DNA of 64,000 nucleotides from Eledone cirrhosa (lineage: Eukaryota), in NCBI GenBank assembly GCA_964016885.1, contig CAXHJY010000830.1:62001-126000 (forward strand), written 5' to 3'. The notes beneath the pieces are model-generated. The model made no database searches and was not told where the DNA came from. It was given only the letters and a program-made list of their open reading frames with translations. Shown here piece by piece: positions 1 through 12,734 of this stretch (the first letter of the stretch is position 1; each line of letters starts with the position of its first letter). The position numbers and the translations under genes are program-made.

Positions 1-1911
1 GCTGAAGTAATATACTAACATATCTTCCTCTGCTTGTCAGTTCAGTCAGTCATAATATAGAAACTATAATATAGACTGAGATAGAAAGACTCCCACACAT
101 ACAAACTAGCAGAAAACTGCACAAAACAGTATCTCTACTGGTTGTTTTTATACCATTTGTATTTTTCCTCTAAATATAGATTAAATTGTATATAAAACAT
201 TTATTTCATTTTACTTTATGAAGTAATATTCAAAATTTTACTCAGAGCTGATGTGCATGCATCATGCCTGTCTTGCTTGTGATATCTAGGACTAAAATCT
301 GAAAAGCTAGCTCAACCTGTTGTTGACTTAACTCTAGTGGTCATCACATTTTTCTTCTCAAAAGTCTTAAAATATATATTTTAATAAACACTATCATGGT
401 ACATTATCTTTTGCTATGTAAGCTGATGAACAATGAAGGAAGTGCTCCCCTTGAGAGCTACCTTATCATATATTGATAGTGAAATAAAGACAGAAATATT
501 TAAACTAATAACAAGCAATTCTATTTGCCCTTATTACCATTGAAAAGATCCTCGACAGGATCTTTAGTGGGTGGTGAGAAAGTCAGATATATATGTACTG
601 AAACTCTTGAGTAATCAAAGCTATGTATAATGGTATGATAAGCAAGGTAGAGATTTTAACAGTGAGGTATAATCTGCATGGATCAAATGTGTGCAGAATG
701 ATCTCAAAGTTAAAAGACTTTTCTAAAAAAAACTCCAGTACTAAATCAATTTCAATCTATGATGTTACTTCAACAATCTATTACCTACAGACTTGTTACA
801 AGCCAATGGCTTCTATTCCCAATAATCATTAAAAGTCTGTTGTTGTTTTTTATGGTATGTTTATATATAACATTTAAGTTAATATCAATAGAAAATACCA
901 TTGAACCAGAATGCAAATTCTATGAAAGATACTCTAAGTAACTAGAAGATAAAATGAAATGTAGTCAGGTTTCCACTTAAATAACCGAGGGGGATTTTGG
1001 CATCATATTTAAGCTTACATAGAAATTGAATTTCAACATATATCTCAAATGGGATATATGTAGAAATTCTATCCAATATTTCTTATGTCACTAGAATACA
1101 AGAACACAACATGCAAGTGAAACAAATATGAGTACAATAAAAATATATAATATATAGAAATTGACATTAGAAAATAATAATCCATGAAGATTTGAATGCA
1201 AGACATAATCTTACTTCCAAATGCTTTCTTTTTATAGAAATCATGCACTGGAATTAGAACAATAAATATTTATATTCCTGCAGCAAATTGTCTATTGTAC
1301 AAGTAAAATTTTAAAAATGGATAGTACTACATGAAATCAAAATAGAATTATATATAAAACCAGAAATTAAGAGGCACAAAAAGGCAAATCATCCTCATCA
1401 CCATTATGTTAATTTTGGTCATCATGTGTACTGAAGACAGAGAAATATGTCTTTGTATTCACATCCATCACAGCATTATATACAATACAATGCAAACAGC
1501 AAAATTAGATTAAATTATGGAAGCTTTCTAATAACAAAAGGCAAAGCAGTTACATCATACTTGAAATTAACTATGAATTCTATCAGGACGTGGTCATTTA
1601 ATGATTTTAAAATTCAGTAAGGTGGTTCGCATCAACAAGGGCATCCAGCCAAAGAAAACCAAGGCTAAAATGAGCATATGAGGAAGACGTAGTCACTTGA
1701 CCTGTCTGGCATTCTAATATGACACCCTGTCTAGACAATGTAATCATAAAAAATATGTTAAATATATATTAAAACATTATATATGGGGTGGTGACCAAGC
1801 ATGGCCTCAGCCTGTGGACTGGAACATGAAAATGAATAAATGAATATGTGTGTCTACGTGTGTATCTATATATACATACACATGTATATAATGTGTATAT
1901 GAACATATATA

Positions 1912-2910
1912 TAGCCCTCCAGGCTATAACAGAGGAGTTTAATACTGGCTTCCCATGGGAACTTCTCTATAAAGATGATCTGGTTCTTATAAATGAATCC
2001 ATTAAAGACCTAGAAAATAATTTCTGACTATGGAAATAGAATTTATAATCAAAAGGCTTCAGAGTAAACTTAGCCAAAACTAAAGTGCTTGTGAGTCGGG
2101 GAGAAGATAGGACTCTGATTGCTTCAGGGAAATAGCCCTACTCATAGTGTAGAAAGGGAGTAGGCATAAACTCCATACAATGCCCATGATGATAATTTTG
2201 GGTAAATAAGAGATGTAGTGGCATAATGGGTAAATTAACAGGAAAGGAAAACTTTGTTTGTAGAAGAAGCACAGGGGTAACATACGGAAAGATAGCCAGT
2301 GATGTAAGCCTATTCCAGTCACATGAACGACACTTAGAAGAGGTTCATAGCTTATTAGCAATGGAGAAGGGTGTTCTGAGAGCAAAATAGCTAGAATAAA
2401 GATAGGATATAAAAAGTTCAGAGAGCAACTCCTACTATTGACCACAAAAGAACAACTGTATGATGCTTGTGGGTGAAGTGTCACACTGCATTGCAGTGAA
2501 TCAAGGGCTGTAACTGCAGAGGACATGTGGAGACAGGAGAGAAATGAAGCAACCACACTCCATTGGATGTGCAATGTAAGTGCAGGAGAAAAAGCAGAGC
2601 TCGGACGGGTTGAGGGAGAAGCTGGGTTTAAGAAGTATTATGGTGGTGTACAGGAGAGAAGACTGCATTAGCTTGGACATTTGATGCTCATGACAATGAT
2701 CATTGGGTGAAGAAGTGCCAGGAAATGCCAGTGGAAGGAAGCCACAATAGTGGTAGACCAAGAAACATCTGGGCAGAGGTGGTGAGAGCTGAATCTCAAA
2801 TCATTGAGACATACAGAGGCAATGAAAAGGGATTGTGACGTATGGAGAGGTGCAGTGCTGAGGAGGACACGTCCAACCCATGCATGGAAAAATGGACGTG
2901 GTGATGATGA
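1912..2910 (+). mobile_element. Old, degenerate RTE-clade LINE 3' fragment
   Basis: Begins with ctccaggctataacagaggagttt..cccatgggaacttctctat, a decayed ALQAITEEF..PWELLY also seen in the young RTE copies. Ends with ccaacccatgcatggaaaaatggacg and (gat)n. Many stops and indels. Confidence 0.8.
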
Positions 2911-2952
2911 TTAAATATATATATATATATACAAAAAAAAAATATATATATA

Positions 2953-4053
2953 TAAGCTGACTAAGAACATAGATTTTACATGTGGCCGGTGCTCTGGTGC
3001 AATAAGTAGCAGCAAGTGCCCACTAAATACTAGCTCTTTCAATTGTGCAGAGGGTTCTATAGAAATAGTGGACAGCTTCCGTTACCTGGGCGATAAAATC
3101 AGCAGTGGGGGAGGGTGCTCTGAAAGTACAGTAGCTAGAGTCAGAACTGGTTGGAAAAAGTTCAGAGAGCTTATACCACTATTAGCTGCTAAAGGGTTCT
3201 CCCTAAAAATGAAAGGCAGGTTGTATGATGCCTGCATACGAACAGCAATGTTGCATGGCAGTGAGACCTGGGCATTGTGTGCAGAGGATATACGCAGACT
3301 AGAGAGGAACGAAGCTTGCATGCTCCACTGGATGTGTAACAGTAATATACGTGAACGGCAAAGCATAAGCAAACTAAGGAAAAAATTAGAAATAAGAGGG
3401 ATCAGATGTTGTTTACTCGAGAGAAGGCTACGTTGGTATGGACACGTGATGCGCATGAAAGTCGATAGCTGTATAACAAAGTGCAGGGCAATAAAGATAG
3501 ACGGTAGCCACGGAATAGGCAGACCCAGAAAAACCTGGGACGAGCTGATAAACTCCGACCTCACACACTTACACCTCTCCAAGACAATGTCACTGGACCG
3601 AGACCTTTGGCGGTACTCAGTAACAGAGAAGACCCGCCTTACCTAAATACATTACCTAAATACATAGTAAAACCTACTACAGCCAGTAGGCATCTCTAAC
3701 AAAATACCCCCCCGTCCCACCACCACCACCCCCACCCCATCCACACCACCCCGTTCTATGTAAAGTTATGTTGGTGCCGCGCCATCCAGGCCGAAACAAA
3801 TGAGATCGTGTAGGTGTCACGACAAAAAAACACACAGTCCACGCTGTAATGTGGCCGTGTAGGCAACACGGTAAAAACCTCCCAGACCCACACTGTAAAT
3901 GTGGTTGGTGTTAGGAAGGGCATCCAACTGTAGAAAACCTGCCAGATAGTCCTATGCAAGCAAGACAATCACTCTTGCCTCAAGTGGGACTACCCCCGTC
4001 CAAACCCATGCAAGCGTGGAACACGGACGTTAAACGTTGATGATGATGATGAT
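2953..4053 (+). mobile_element. RTE LINE subfamily A, 5'-truncated copy (~1.1 kb)
   Basis: ORF 3068-3646 (FRYLG...[10 protein letters not shown]...GRPRKTW) is near-identical to the C-terminus of the 32685-36210 copy. 3' UTR and (GAT)n tail present. Flanked by (TA)n. Confidence 0.95.
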
Positions 4054-4681
4054 ATATATATATACACATACAAATATGTGTGTGTGTGTGCGTACAAATG
4101 CACTATATACAAATAAGAATATCCAGCTGATGTTTCTCATGCAAAAGAGTATATAAGCTGTAGCTAATTCCTGTCCCTATAACAAATGAGTAAACATTAC
4201 TGATGATAAAAATCCAGAATTCTTACACAGCTCCTGAGAGGGCTCTGTTATGATCTCAGCATAAAACATTCATAGCCATTCTCATGTGAGTTTATTATAC
4301 ATAAACATACATATATATGCCTTCATATACACCTCCATTATAATTCAGACTATGTTCTACTACCAGTTAATCCTTGCAGGTCAGATTTGCACGATACCCA
4401 AATCAACATGCCTAGTAAATGTTTCAAATGTGAAATATATATAAGCTATAGCTTATTGTTGTCTCAGTGAATAAATCTCACCAATGACGGATAAAGATAC
4501 AGAAACACGTCAAATGATCTCACTTGGCCACTGAGACACCTGTGACATGATCACTGCTTGTAAAATTTAGTGAGATTCAGGTATCTTTATTATCATCATC
4601 ATCATCATCATCGTTTAACGTCCATATTCCACAACATCTCCTATATGTCTATTATGAATTATTCTATGTTAGTGCAACTAA

Positions 4682-4714
<33 letters not shown>

Positions 4715-5129
4715 ATACATATATATATATGAATATGTGAATATTTACTATTATCTTTGGTAAGATGAGAAAAGCTCTATGCACATTACAATCCTCGGTT
4801 CATCAGGAGTTAAAAATGGACGATTAACTTATCGACAGTTAAATATCCTGTTGTTAAAGATGGTTCAGGTAGCAGAGCATCAAAATTCAATATTCTTTAT
4901 CTCTATGTTTGTTTCAATGCAGTTATAATGGTATATGCATTTGTAGAACAACTGGAAATTATTAGTTAACAATTAATTACACCTTACATATTACCTATAA
5001 TATATATACAGATACACTCACATTCTCCCCCATTCCCATCACTGCTTATTCTCTCTGGGTTATGATGAAACAAGCCTCCTCGTGTTAAAGTAATATTGCT
5101 GCAATAAAAAAAATATATCCAGTCAACCC

Positions 5130-5520
5130 TATTATATGGTACTGGCAGCACCATGGTAAAATGCACCTAGTACACACTGTGGAGTCGATGTTAGGAAGGA
5201 CATTTAGCCATAGAAACTATACCAGAATGTTATAAAAAGGAGGGGTCATCTTGACTGCCTGGCCTATCTAACCCATTCAAGCATTAAAATAGACATAAAA
5301 TGGTGACATATCATGATCATTTTTCACCTTATTTTCCCTTAGGGTTGGGCAGATTGTCATAATCTATGACCAAATGGATATGAACAACATCATCTTGCTC
5401 ATTAGGTTCCACATTTAGAATAATTTTAATGCCCTTCCTAATACCTTATAGTGAGCATTTTTGTGGTACCAGCACTACCCCATTACAAAGTGAATTGTTT
5501 CCACTTCAGTGGCACCAGCA
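5130..5520. mobile_element. Two decayed RTE/SINE 3'-UTR remnants, tail-to-tail
   Basis: tgttaggaaggacatttagccatagaaac on + (~5188) and atgcccttcctaatacc read on - (~5430) match the conserved RTE 3' UTR motif seen elsewhere in the window. Confidence 0.55.
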
Positions 5521-5666
5521 AAAGATAGGTTGTCACATGTAGAGTCCAAATCCTATATAGTCTCTCTTCAATTGTTAAACACTAGCTTCTGGACTTTCAA
5601 CATGTTTACTTTTAGTTTTTCAGTGATTGTACTGGTGGATAGGTGTGTGTGTGTCCGTCCATGTAT

Positions 5667-5741
<75 letters not shown>

Positions 5742-6599
5742 AATAAACAAGAAAGATGCTCTAAAATTTTCCATTAATCTACATTCAAACATAAAAGAGA
5801 AAATATATTAATTCTGAGAAAATTAGGAAAACAGGGTGCAATAAATTCCATTAGGTTGTAAATAATCTGGTGCCAGGCACAAGGTGATTTGACTGACCTA
5901 TGCACTAAGCTGTTAACTGAAATCATATTTAGTGAGTGCAAATTATTCACTAGCCGCCATGTTACATCAATGATATTACATCTTGCTGCAAACCCCTGAT
6001 AACAGCATTGAAAAATTTCAGTAGCCAGCAGTGGCCATAATGTAGAAAAGGAAGTCATTTCTTATGATATTTACTGAGACGAAGGATGTGAAAGAGAGAT
6101 AAATATATAATAGAAATAGCGAGTGAGGTTTTGGTTAAGAAAATACAAAAGCAAGAGAGAAAGACTTTCAAATTAATTTAGAACTAACATACAGAGAATA
6201 TTATCACATTTTGAATACATATTCATGAGAGAGAAATATTTGAAAATATGTAAATCCATAGTGTATTTAGAAGGTTTTCCAACAGTGATGGATATGGCTG
6301 TGTACATAGGTGTCCAGAGTACACCTACTTCTCAATTTCTTAGTAATGAGCGAATTTAATTTTAGCTAGCATTTGGCAAGTTGGTATAAAAAAAAAATTA
6401 CTTGGTTATATATTATAATCAAACATCATTATTTTCATCTATTCTGAATAATGTACATTAAAGACTACTGTATATATTCATGTAATAAATTCCACCTTCA
6501 TCTGTGAAAATGTGCAGAAAACAGTATGCCACTTAACTACAGAACCCACAGAATCCACAGATTTCCAGTTCAAAATTCATGATACATTTTAATTGCTGC

Positions 6600-6872
6600 C
6601 TGTAAAAGGGAAGTAAGAGTGCATTGGCATAGGCATGTGATGTGCATGGATGAAGATCACTGAGTGAAGTGCCAGGACATCCCAGTGGAAGGAAGCTGCA
6701 ATAGAGTTAGACTAAGGAAGACCTGGGTGGCGGTGATGAGAGCTGATCTCAAATCGAAGAGACTCACAGAGGAGATGACAAAGGAACACAATGAGTAGAG
6801 AAATATTGTGTTGAAAAGGACCCACCAAAACCATGGAAGTGTTGAAAAATGGACGTAAAACGATGATAATGA
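6600..6872 (+). mobile_element. Old RTE LINE 3'-end fragment
   Basis: Decayed GHVMRM...RLRKTW coding end, then gaaaaatggacgtaaaacgatgataatgat. Similar to 2650-2910. Confidence 0.7.
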
Positions 6873-7149
6873 TTTATGCAAAGGTATATAACATTTTATA
6901 ACATACTACACAGTATAAGCAATTAAGTATTCACAAACTGTCCCTGAAATTGGCATTATTTAACTTAAGCATGACCACATTTCTTATGAAATAGACTATT
7001 TCAATTAAGGAAGAATTTCGAGTGATTTACTAAAATTATTAATTGTTTCATTACTGCAATAGTAATTTAAAAAAGGTTCTTATATAAAATTTATGTTGGA
7101 AGATTTTAATTTAAATTGGAAACCTTTGAAATGGTTGATTTTATTTCAT

Positions 7150-7760
7150 AAAAAAGTGCAGGGCGATCAAAATTGATGGAAGTTATGGAGTACATAGACC
7201 CAGAAAAACCTGGGACGATTTGATAAATTCCAACCTTATACACTTACACCTCTCTAAGACAATGTCACTTGACCGAGAGCTTTGGCACTATGCAGTAATA
7301 CAGAAGACCCGCTTGCCTATGTACAAAGCAAAACCTACAGTCAGTAGGCACCTACTAACCAAATATATACCCCATCCCACTACCCCTACTCCACCCCACT
7401 ACTCCTATTCCACCCCCACCTCACTCCCACCAACACCACCCTTTCTCTGTAAAGTTATGTTGGTACCACAACATCCAGTCTAAAACAAATGAGGTTGTGT
7501 AGGTGTCACGACAAAAACACAGTCCACGCTGTAATGTGGCCGTGTGGGTAACACGGTAAAAACCTCCCAGACCCACACTGTAAACGTGGTTGGTGTTAGG
7601 AAGGGCATCCAGCTGTAGAAAACCTGCCAAACAGCCCTATACGAGCGAGACATAGTCACCCAACCAATCTTGCCTCAAGTAGGACAGATTCCCGTCTAAA
7701 CCCATGCTAGCGTGGAAGATAGACGTTAAACGTTGATGATGATGATGATGATGATGATGA
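7150..7760 (+). mobile_element. RTE LINE (A-related) short 3' fragment
   Basis: [21 protein letters not shown], the family 3' UTR and a taaacgtt(gat)n tail. Confidence 0.9.
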
Positions 7761-8467
7761 GAGCCGGCTTTGGCCAGGTTGGTAACTAAAGACTTAAACT
7801 AACCACAGTGCTTACCGTATCCTTGAATCCCTACAACATGAGATCACTTTGTTCATTCATACCTGTTCAGTCCCTGACTATAAGCCTTATAGTAAACCTA
7901 GTTCCCATGACCAATTTCCATGAATGCTTCCCATGAAAGATAATTTCTATAATGGTCTACATTTCAGTATTGAAAATGTACAAGGGAATTCTTTTAATGA
8001 AATAGGAGAACAATGTTTTCAATGGAAATATGAGAATGAAAAAGCAAACATTTATTTATATATTTGGAATATTTATTACAATATTATGAATAAAAACAAA
8101 GAAGAAAAGTATCAATGAATCCATTAAATGTTCAACTTTACTATTCACCTGTTTTATCAATTACTTTCTCAATATAATTTTTTCCTTTGGCTATATCCTT
8201 TGGCATAATGAAAATTCATGAAATAGCAAGAGCTAATTAGGGATAATTATGGATTAATTACAACGAAACTGAAGACTCTTAAAATAGTTTGCAATTTTCT
8301 ATTAATGATAGCCTACATTTGCATATACATGTAAACACCCTCACACACATGTATATATAGATATGCACACATATGCAAGTATATATATATATGCATACAT
8401 AATATATATATATACACCTCCAACATGTATATATATATATATACACATCCCCAACATGTATATATAT

Positions 8468-8815
8468 GGAGACACATGGCTTAGTCGTTAGAGCATTGGC
8501 CTTGCAATCGAAAGGTTGTGAGTTCAATTCTCAGACCGGGCGATGTGTTGTTTCCTTGAGCAAGACACTTTATTTCACATTACTCCAGTTTACTCAGCTG
8601 TAGAAATGAGATGATAGGGACTGGGGTCCCTATCATTCCACTGTAAAGTGGACGTGTAGGTGCCATGGAAAAAAAGCACCCATCACTCACTGTAAATGAG
8701 GTTGGTGTTAGGAAGGGCATTCAGCTGTAGAAATCAAGCCAGAATCAGTTGCCGTCCCACCCTTGCAAGCAGGGAAAAAGCGGACGTAAAATGAAATTAT
8801 GATGATGATGATGAT
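8468..8815 (+). mobile_element. tRNA-derived CORE-like SINE with RTE-derived 3' end, full length
   Basis: A box tggcttagtcg and B box gagttcaattc. CORE-like ccttgagcaagacactt...cagtttactcagctgtagaaatgag. 3' part matches the RTE-B 3' UTR. (GAT)n tail. Further copies at 11322, 23080, 59690, 60038. Confidence 0.85.
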
Positions 8816-8821
8816 ATACAC

Positions 8822-8860
<39 letters not shown>

Positions 8861-8911
8861 TATAAATGCATACAGACATATATATATATACACACACACA
8901 CACATATACAT

Positions 8912-9203
8912 GATCATCCACCTTTCACCTACGCCTCTACACCCCAACCCCCAGTTCAAGTGGTCCTTTCGGTGCCATGACAAAAAAGTGGACAGCCCAC
9001 ACTGTAAGGTGGATGTGTAGGTGTCATGACAAAAGGCACCCACCACACACTATAAATGTGGTTGGCATTAGGAAGGGAATCTAGCCATAGAAACCAAGCC
9101 AGAAAGAGTTCTTCTTGAGCAGGATATAACCTGATCTGAGTCGCCTCAAATAGGGCAACCCGTCTAATCCATGCTAGCATGCAAATCAGACGTTATACAA
9201 TGA

Positions 9204-9206
<3 letters not shown>
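8912..9206 (+). mobile_element. RTE 3'-UTR-only fragment (diverged subfamily)
   Basis: ggttggcattaggaagggaatctagccatagaaacc, and terminus cccgtctaatccatgctagcatg...tgatgat. Confidence 0.75.
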
Positions 9207-9247
<41 letters not shown>

Positions 9248-9769
9248 ATATTATAAAGTAAAATGACAGGAGGCTGGACAGGTTGAAGTCGCTTCATTAT
9301 TTATTCCTCCAAGTGCTTTCCTACCATTACATCATGGTTAACATTGCAGAATGACCAATTCTACCCAGTGGTGAACCATCAAATTTAAACATATATATAT
9401 GAAGATAGAGAAAAAAAGAGACGTGTATATGAAAGCATATACTATATGTTTATATACAATAAACATACTGGAGCCTCATCAGCAAAGAAAAAATATTTTT
9501 TCATTACAAAAAATTATATTTCTCTCTTTTGCTCAGTGAACATGTGACAGAAAGCCTGACAGCTGATGTTTTCTATTTGCTTTATGTATATGAGCATCTC
9601 CAGAAAATGTTCATCAAGTAAAAATCTATAGAGGCTCTAAGCCATTTCTTTGTCAGTACCGGTTGAGTGAATGCCAGAGTACTATCAGAGAGAGAGAGCC
9701 TGGAACAATGGAACAGTGATGATAATGATGATACATATATATATATATATTAACCATACCATCTGTATC

Positions 9770-9965
9770 ATGTGGCTCCAGTTTACAGGTTATGTCATGA
9801 GAGACAACGAACCTGCCTCAAATTTTTTACGATGGGGGTCCACTAATGTGAAATGCAGATAGAGAAAACCTCTCAAGATATCTTTAAAAGATAACTGAAA
9901 AAGATAGAGAATTGTCAAATGAAGATCTGAGGCAGTCAATGTTGGATAACATGAGATGGAAAGGT
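9770..9965 (+). mobile_element. Very decayed LINE ORF C-terminal remnant
   Basis: WLQFTGYVMR resembles the RLRWxGHVxR motif at RTE ORF ends. Confidence 0.4.
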
Positions 9966-10189
9966 TTTATGTCACCAGATACAGGTGAATGACCATCTCC
10001 TCAATCTTCAAAATGTCTCATTCTTTCTTCTGTTAAAACCCTCTTCTTGCTACTTCAAGCATTAAACTAATATATTCCTCCCATATACAATACTGTACTG
10101 TTTGTGTTATTTCTGTTTACCTTTTATATATATACATATATATATAAATATATATACATACACATATATATATACACACATATATATGA

Positions 10190-10545
10190 TGATGATGGCT
10201 GCCCCCTCGTTATCAAGTATGGCCATTGCATGATATAATATTATTAATAATTATTAATTAATTCTATCGTGCAATGCCTGTGCGTGAAGATATTTTTTTA
10301 AAGTGAGGAAAGACTGTGCACTGAGCCAATCCCACTCTCTGAGCAACAGTAGCTATAACCCGAAAAGAAGAAAAGATCAACATCATCGGTAACTATTGAG
10401 CCGCAGGTTATATAACGGAGTTATCCCAGTTTCCTGAGTTGCCTTCTCCTAGAAGAATGCCCTGACAAAGGCTAGGGGTCCTTCACTCCCAGTGGTTTAA
10501 CCGCGCGATCCGGTGTCCATCCTGACTATTTCTATGTCCCCGGGC
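10190..10545 (-). mobile_element. Non-coding repeat, probably a non-autonomous RTE derivative (copy 1)
   Basis: Colinear similarity to 10672-11090 (ggctgcc..ctcgtt, cctgtgc..gtgaag, cccactctct, ccttctcctagaa..tgacaaaggcta). The motif ctaggagaagg on - resembles RTE 5'-UTR sequence (recalled, not searched). Confidence 0.5.
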
Positions 10546-10627
10546 ATATACACACACATGCACCCATGTATATACACATATACAGACATATGTACACGTA
10601 TATATACATATTTACACACTTATATAC

Positions 10628-10662
<35 letters not shown>

Positions 10663-10671
10663 TATATATAT

Positions 10672-11278
10672 GGTGGCTGCCAACTCGTTTTCGAGTACAG
10701 CCACTACTTTATATCCATGTAGGAGAACCCCTACCGATGCACTGAATGAGTGTGACTTTTTAGTCCAGCCAGCGACTTGAAAACTCTGGTACAAACACTA
10801 CACCTGTAACAATTATTGACACATAGTGCTGGACCCATGGTACCATGTGACGACAAGTGCAGAGAGATCTCCAGATATAAAGCAATGCCTGTGCCGTGAA
10901 GCTTTTATAGTGAGCAAAGGCACTGCACAAAGCCAGTCCCACTCTCTTAACCAAGATGATATTTACCAAAAAGAAGAACAAGTCAACATCATTGGATACC
11001 ATCAGGGTTGCAGGTGTTATATCAGAGTTTTCCTTCTCCTAGAATTCTGCCTTGACAAAGGCTAAGGGGTCATCTCTCCCAGTGATTTTGGATGGCCATT
11101 GACTCTTAAGAGCTCCTTTGCCCTTTGACAGGTTTTGTTTTTAGTCCTGCAGGATGTCCAAAGTCACCCTCCTCACCAAGAAACCTTGGTGGGGTTGCCA
11201 GTTTAGTCGCCAACGACCCGACCAGGAGACAGGTTGTACTGTGATACATGTTACCAGTAGCACCAACTCGTGACCTGA
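10672..11278 (-). mobile_element. Non-coding repeat, probably a non-autonomous RTE derivative (copy 2, longer)
   Basis: Diverged homolog of 10190-10545 with an extension; bounded by TA/CA repeats. Confidence 0.5.
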
Positions 11279-11281
11279 CAT

Positions 11282-11321
<40 letters not shown>

Positions 11322-11659
11322 GGAGACACATGGCTTAGTGGTTAGAGCATTGGCCTTGCAATCGAAAGGTTGTGAGTTCAATTCTCAGACCGGGTGATGT
11401 GTTGTTTCCTTGAGCAAGACACTTTATTTCACATTGCTCCATTTTACTCATCTGTAGAAATGAGATGATAGGGACTGGGGTCCCTATCATTCCACTGCAA
11501 AGTGGTCATGGAGGTGCCACGGCAAAAAAGCACCCAGCACTCACTGTAAATGAAGTTGGTGTTAGGAAGGGCATCCAGCTGTAGAAATCAAGCCAGAATC
11601 AGTTCCCGTCCCACCCTTGCAAGCAAGGAAAAAGTGGACGTAAAATGATGATGATAATG
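11322..11659 (+). mobile_element. tRNA-derived CORE-like SINE, full length
   Basis: Near-identical to 8468-8815. A box tggcttagtgg, B box gagttcaattc, (GAT)n tail. Confidence 0.87.
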
Positions 11660-11700
<41 letters not shown>

Positions 11701-12057
11701 TATACACATATATATATATAAACATATATACACACACATATATATATATACACATATATATATATACACACACATATATATATATACACACACATATATA
11801 TATATATACACACACACATATATATATATACACACACACATATATATATATACACACACATATACATATATACACACATATATATATATATATACAATAT
11901 ATATATATATATACATTGGTAAACACATTTTTCAAATGCAGGCACGTTCTATAGAAGTGGTTGATAGCTTTTGGTACATAGGTGATCAGAATAGCATGGT
12001 AGTGAGACATGGGCAGCAACTGCAGAAGATATGCGACGGCTGGAGAGAAATGAAGCA

Positions 12058-12733
12058 AGGAGATAATTTGTAAAGTGTGTAATCACACATTTTTTTAAAG
12101 AGGTAATATTTGAAGCTCTAGTTAAACTTTAATTAGTTACCTACCTAGCTATGTATGATCACACACTTTACAAATTATCCCCTGTGATTGTTTCATGTGT
12201 TTATTTTAAATATATATATATGTCAATCAATTTCTAGTTGATATAAAATGCTCGGATCTATTCATTGGAATCTTTGAGCTTATTCTACGATGGCCATGGC
12301 GCATGTCTCGGACATGACTCCCTTAATTTAATTTAATTTAATTAATTTTGAATATATACACGGCTCCTTAATTGTAGAGCTAAAACAGTTGAAAGGACTC
12401 GGCTGCTATTTATAGTTGTCGACCACCCTATTCACGCCACTGGGATGACGCTAGCATGTTGTTAGTAGTTTTAGAATTACAACACCTGCGATGGGTCACT
12501 CACAGATTTGCATTTGATAGTTAAATCCTCTCCCTTGCTGAAGATATGTTGGCTGCTGATTAATGGTGAAATATATTTCTTTAACGGAATATATACAAGG
12601 AGGATTAATCATTCTTTAAAAAGGTAATATTTGAAGCTCTAGTTAAACTTTAATTAGTTACCTACCTAGCTATGTGTGATTACACACTTTACAAATTATA
12701 CCCTGTGATTGTTTCATGTGTTTATTTTAAATA
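12058..12733 (+). mobile_element. Non-coding element with inverted and direct terminal repeats and a hammerhead fold (Penelope-like, non-autonomous)
   Basis: 12058-12090 is the reverse complement of both 12151-12183 and 12672-12703. About 12093-12212 is directly repeated at about 12614-12733. Hammerhead fold at 12521-12608. Confidence 0.6.
12521..12608 (+). ncRNA. Type I hammerhead ribozyme candidate with extended helices
   Basis: CTGAAGA 12538-44 and GAAA 12568-71. 9-bp helix III (12571-79 with 12586-94). AUA cleavage triplet ends at 12595. Helix I ccttg/caagg plus aatcct/aggatt with a 3-nt bulge. Helix II is weak and G.U-rich. Confidence 0.65.
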
Positions 12734-12734
12734 T

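Noticed and set aside
544-565. Hairpin aaagatcct-cgac-aggatcttt
   Set aside because: A 9-bp stem is expected by chance in 64 kb and has no supporting context.
3639-3665. Short tandem duplication at an RTE stop codon (and a 15-bp one near 21990)
   Set aside because: Ordinary slippage events.
8468-8542. tRNA gene
   Set aside because: A/B boxes and a cttgcaa loop are present but there is no complete cloverleaf, and it continues into SINE body in every copy.
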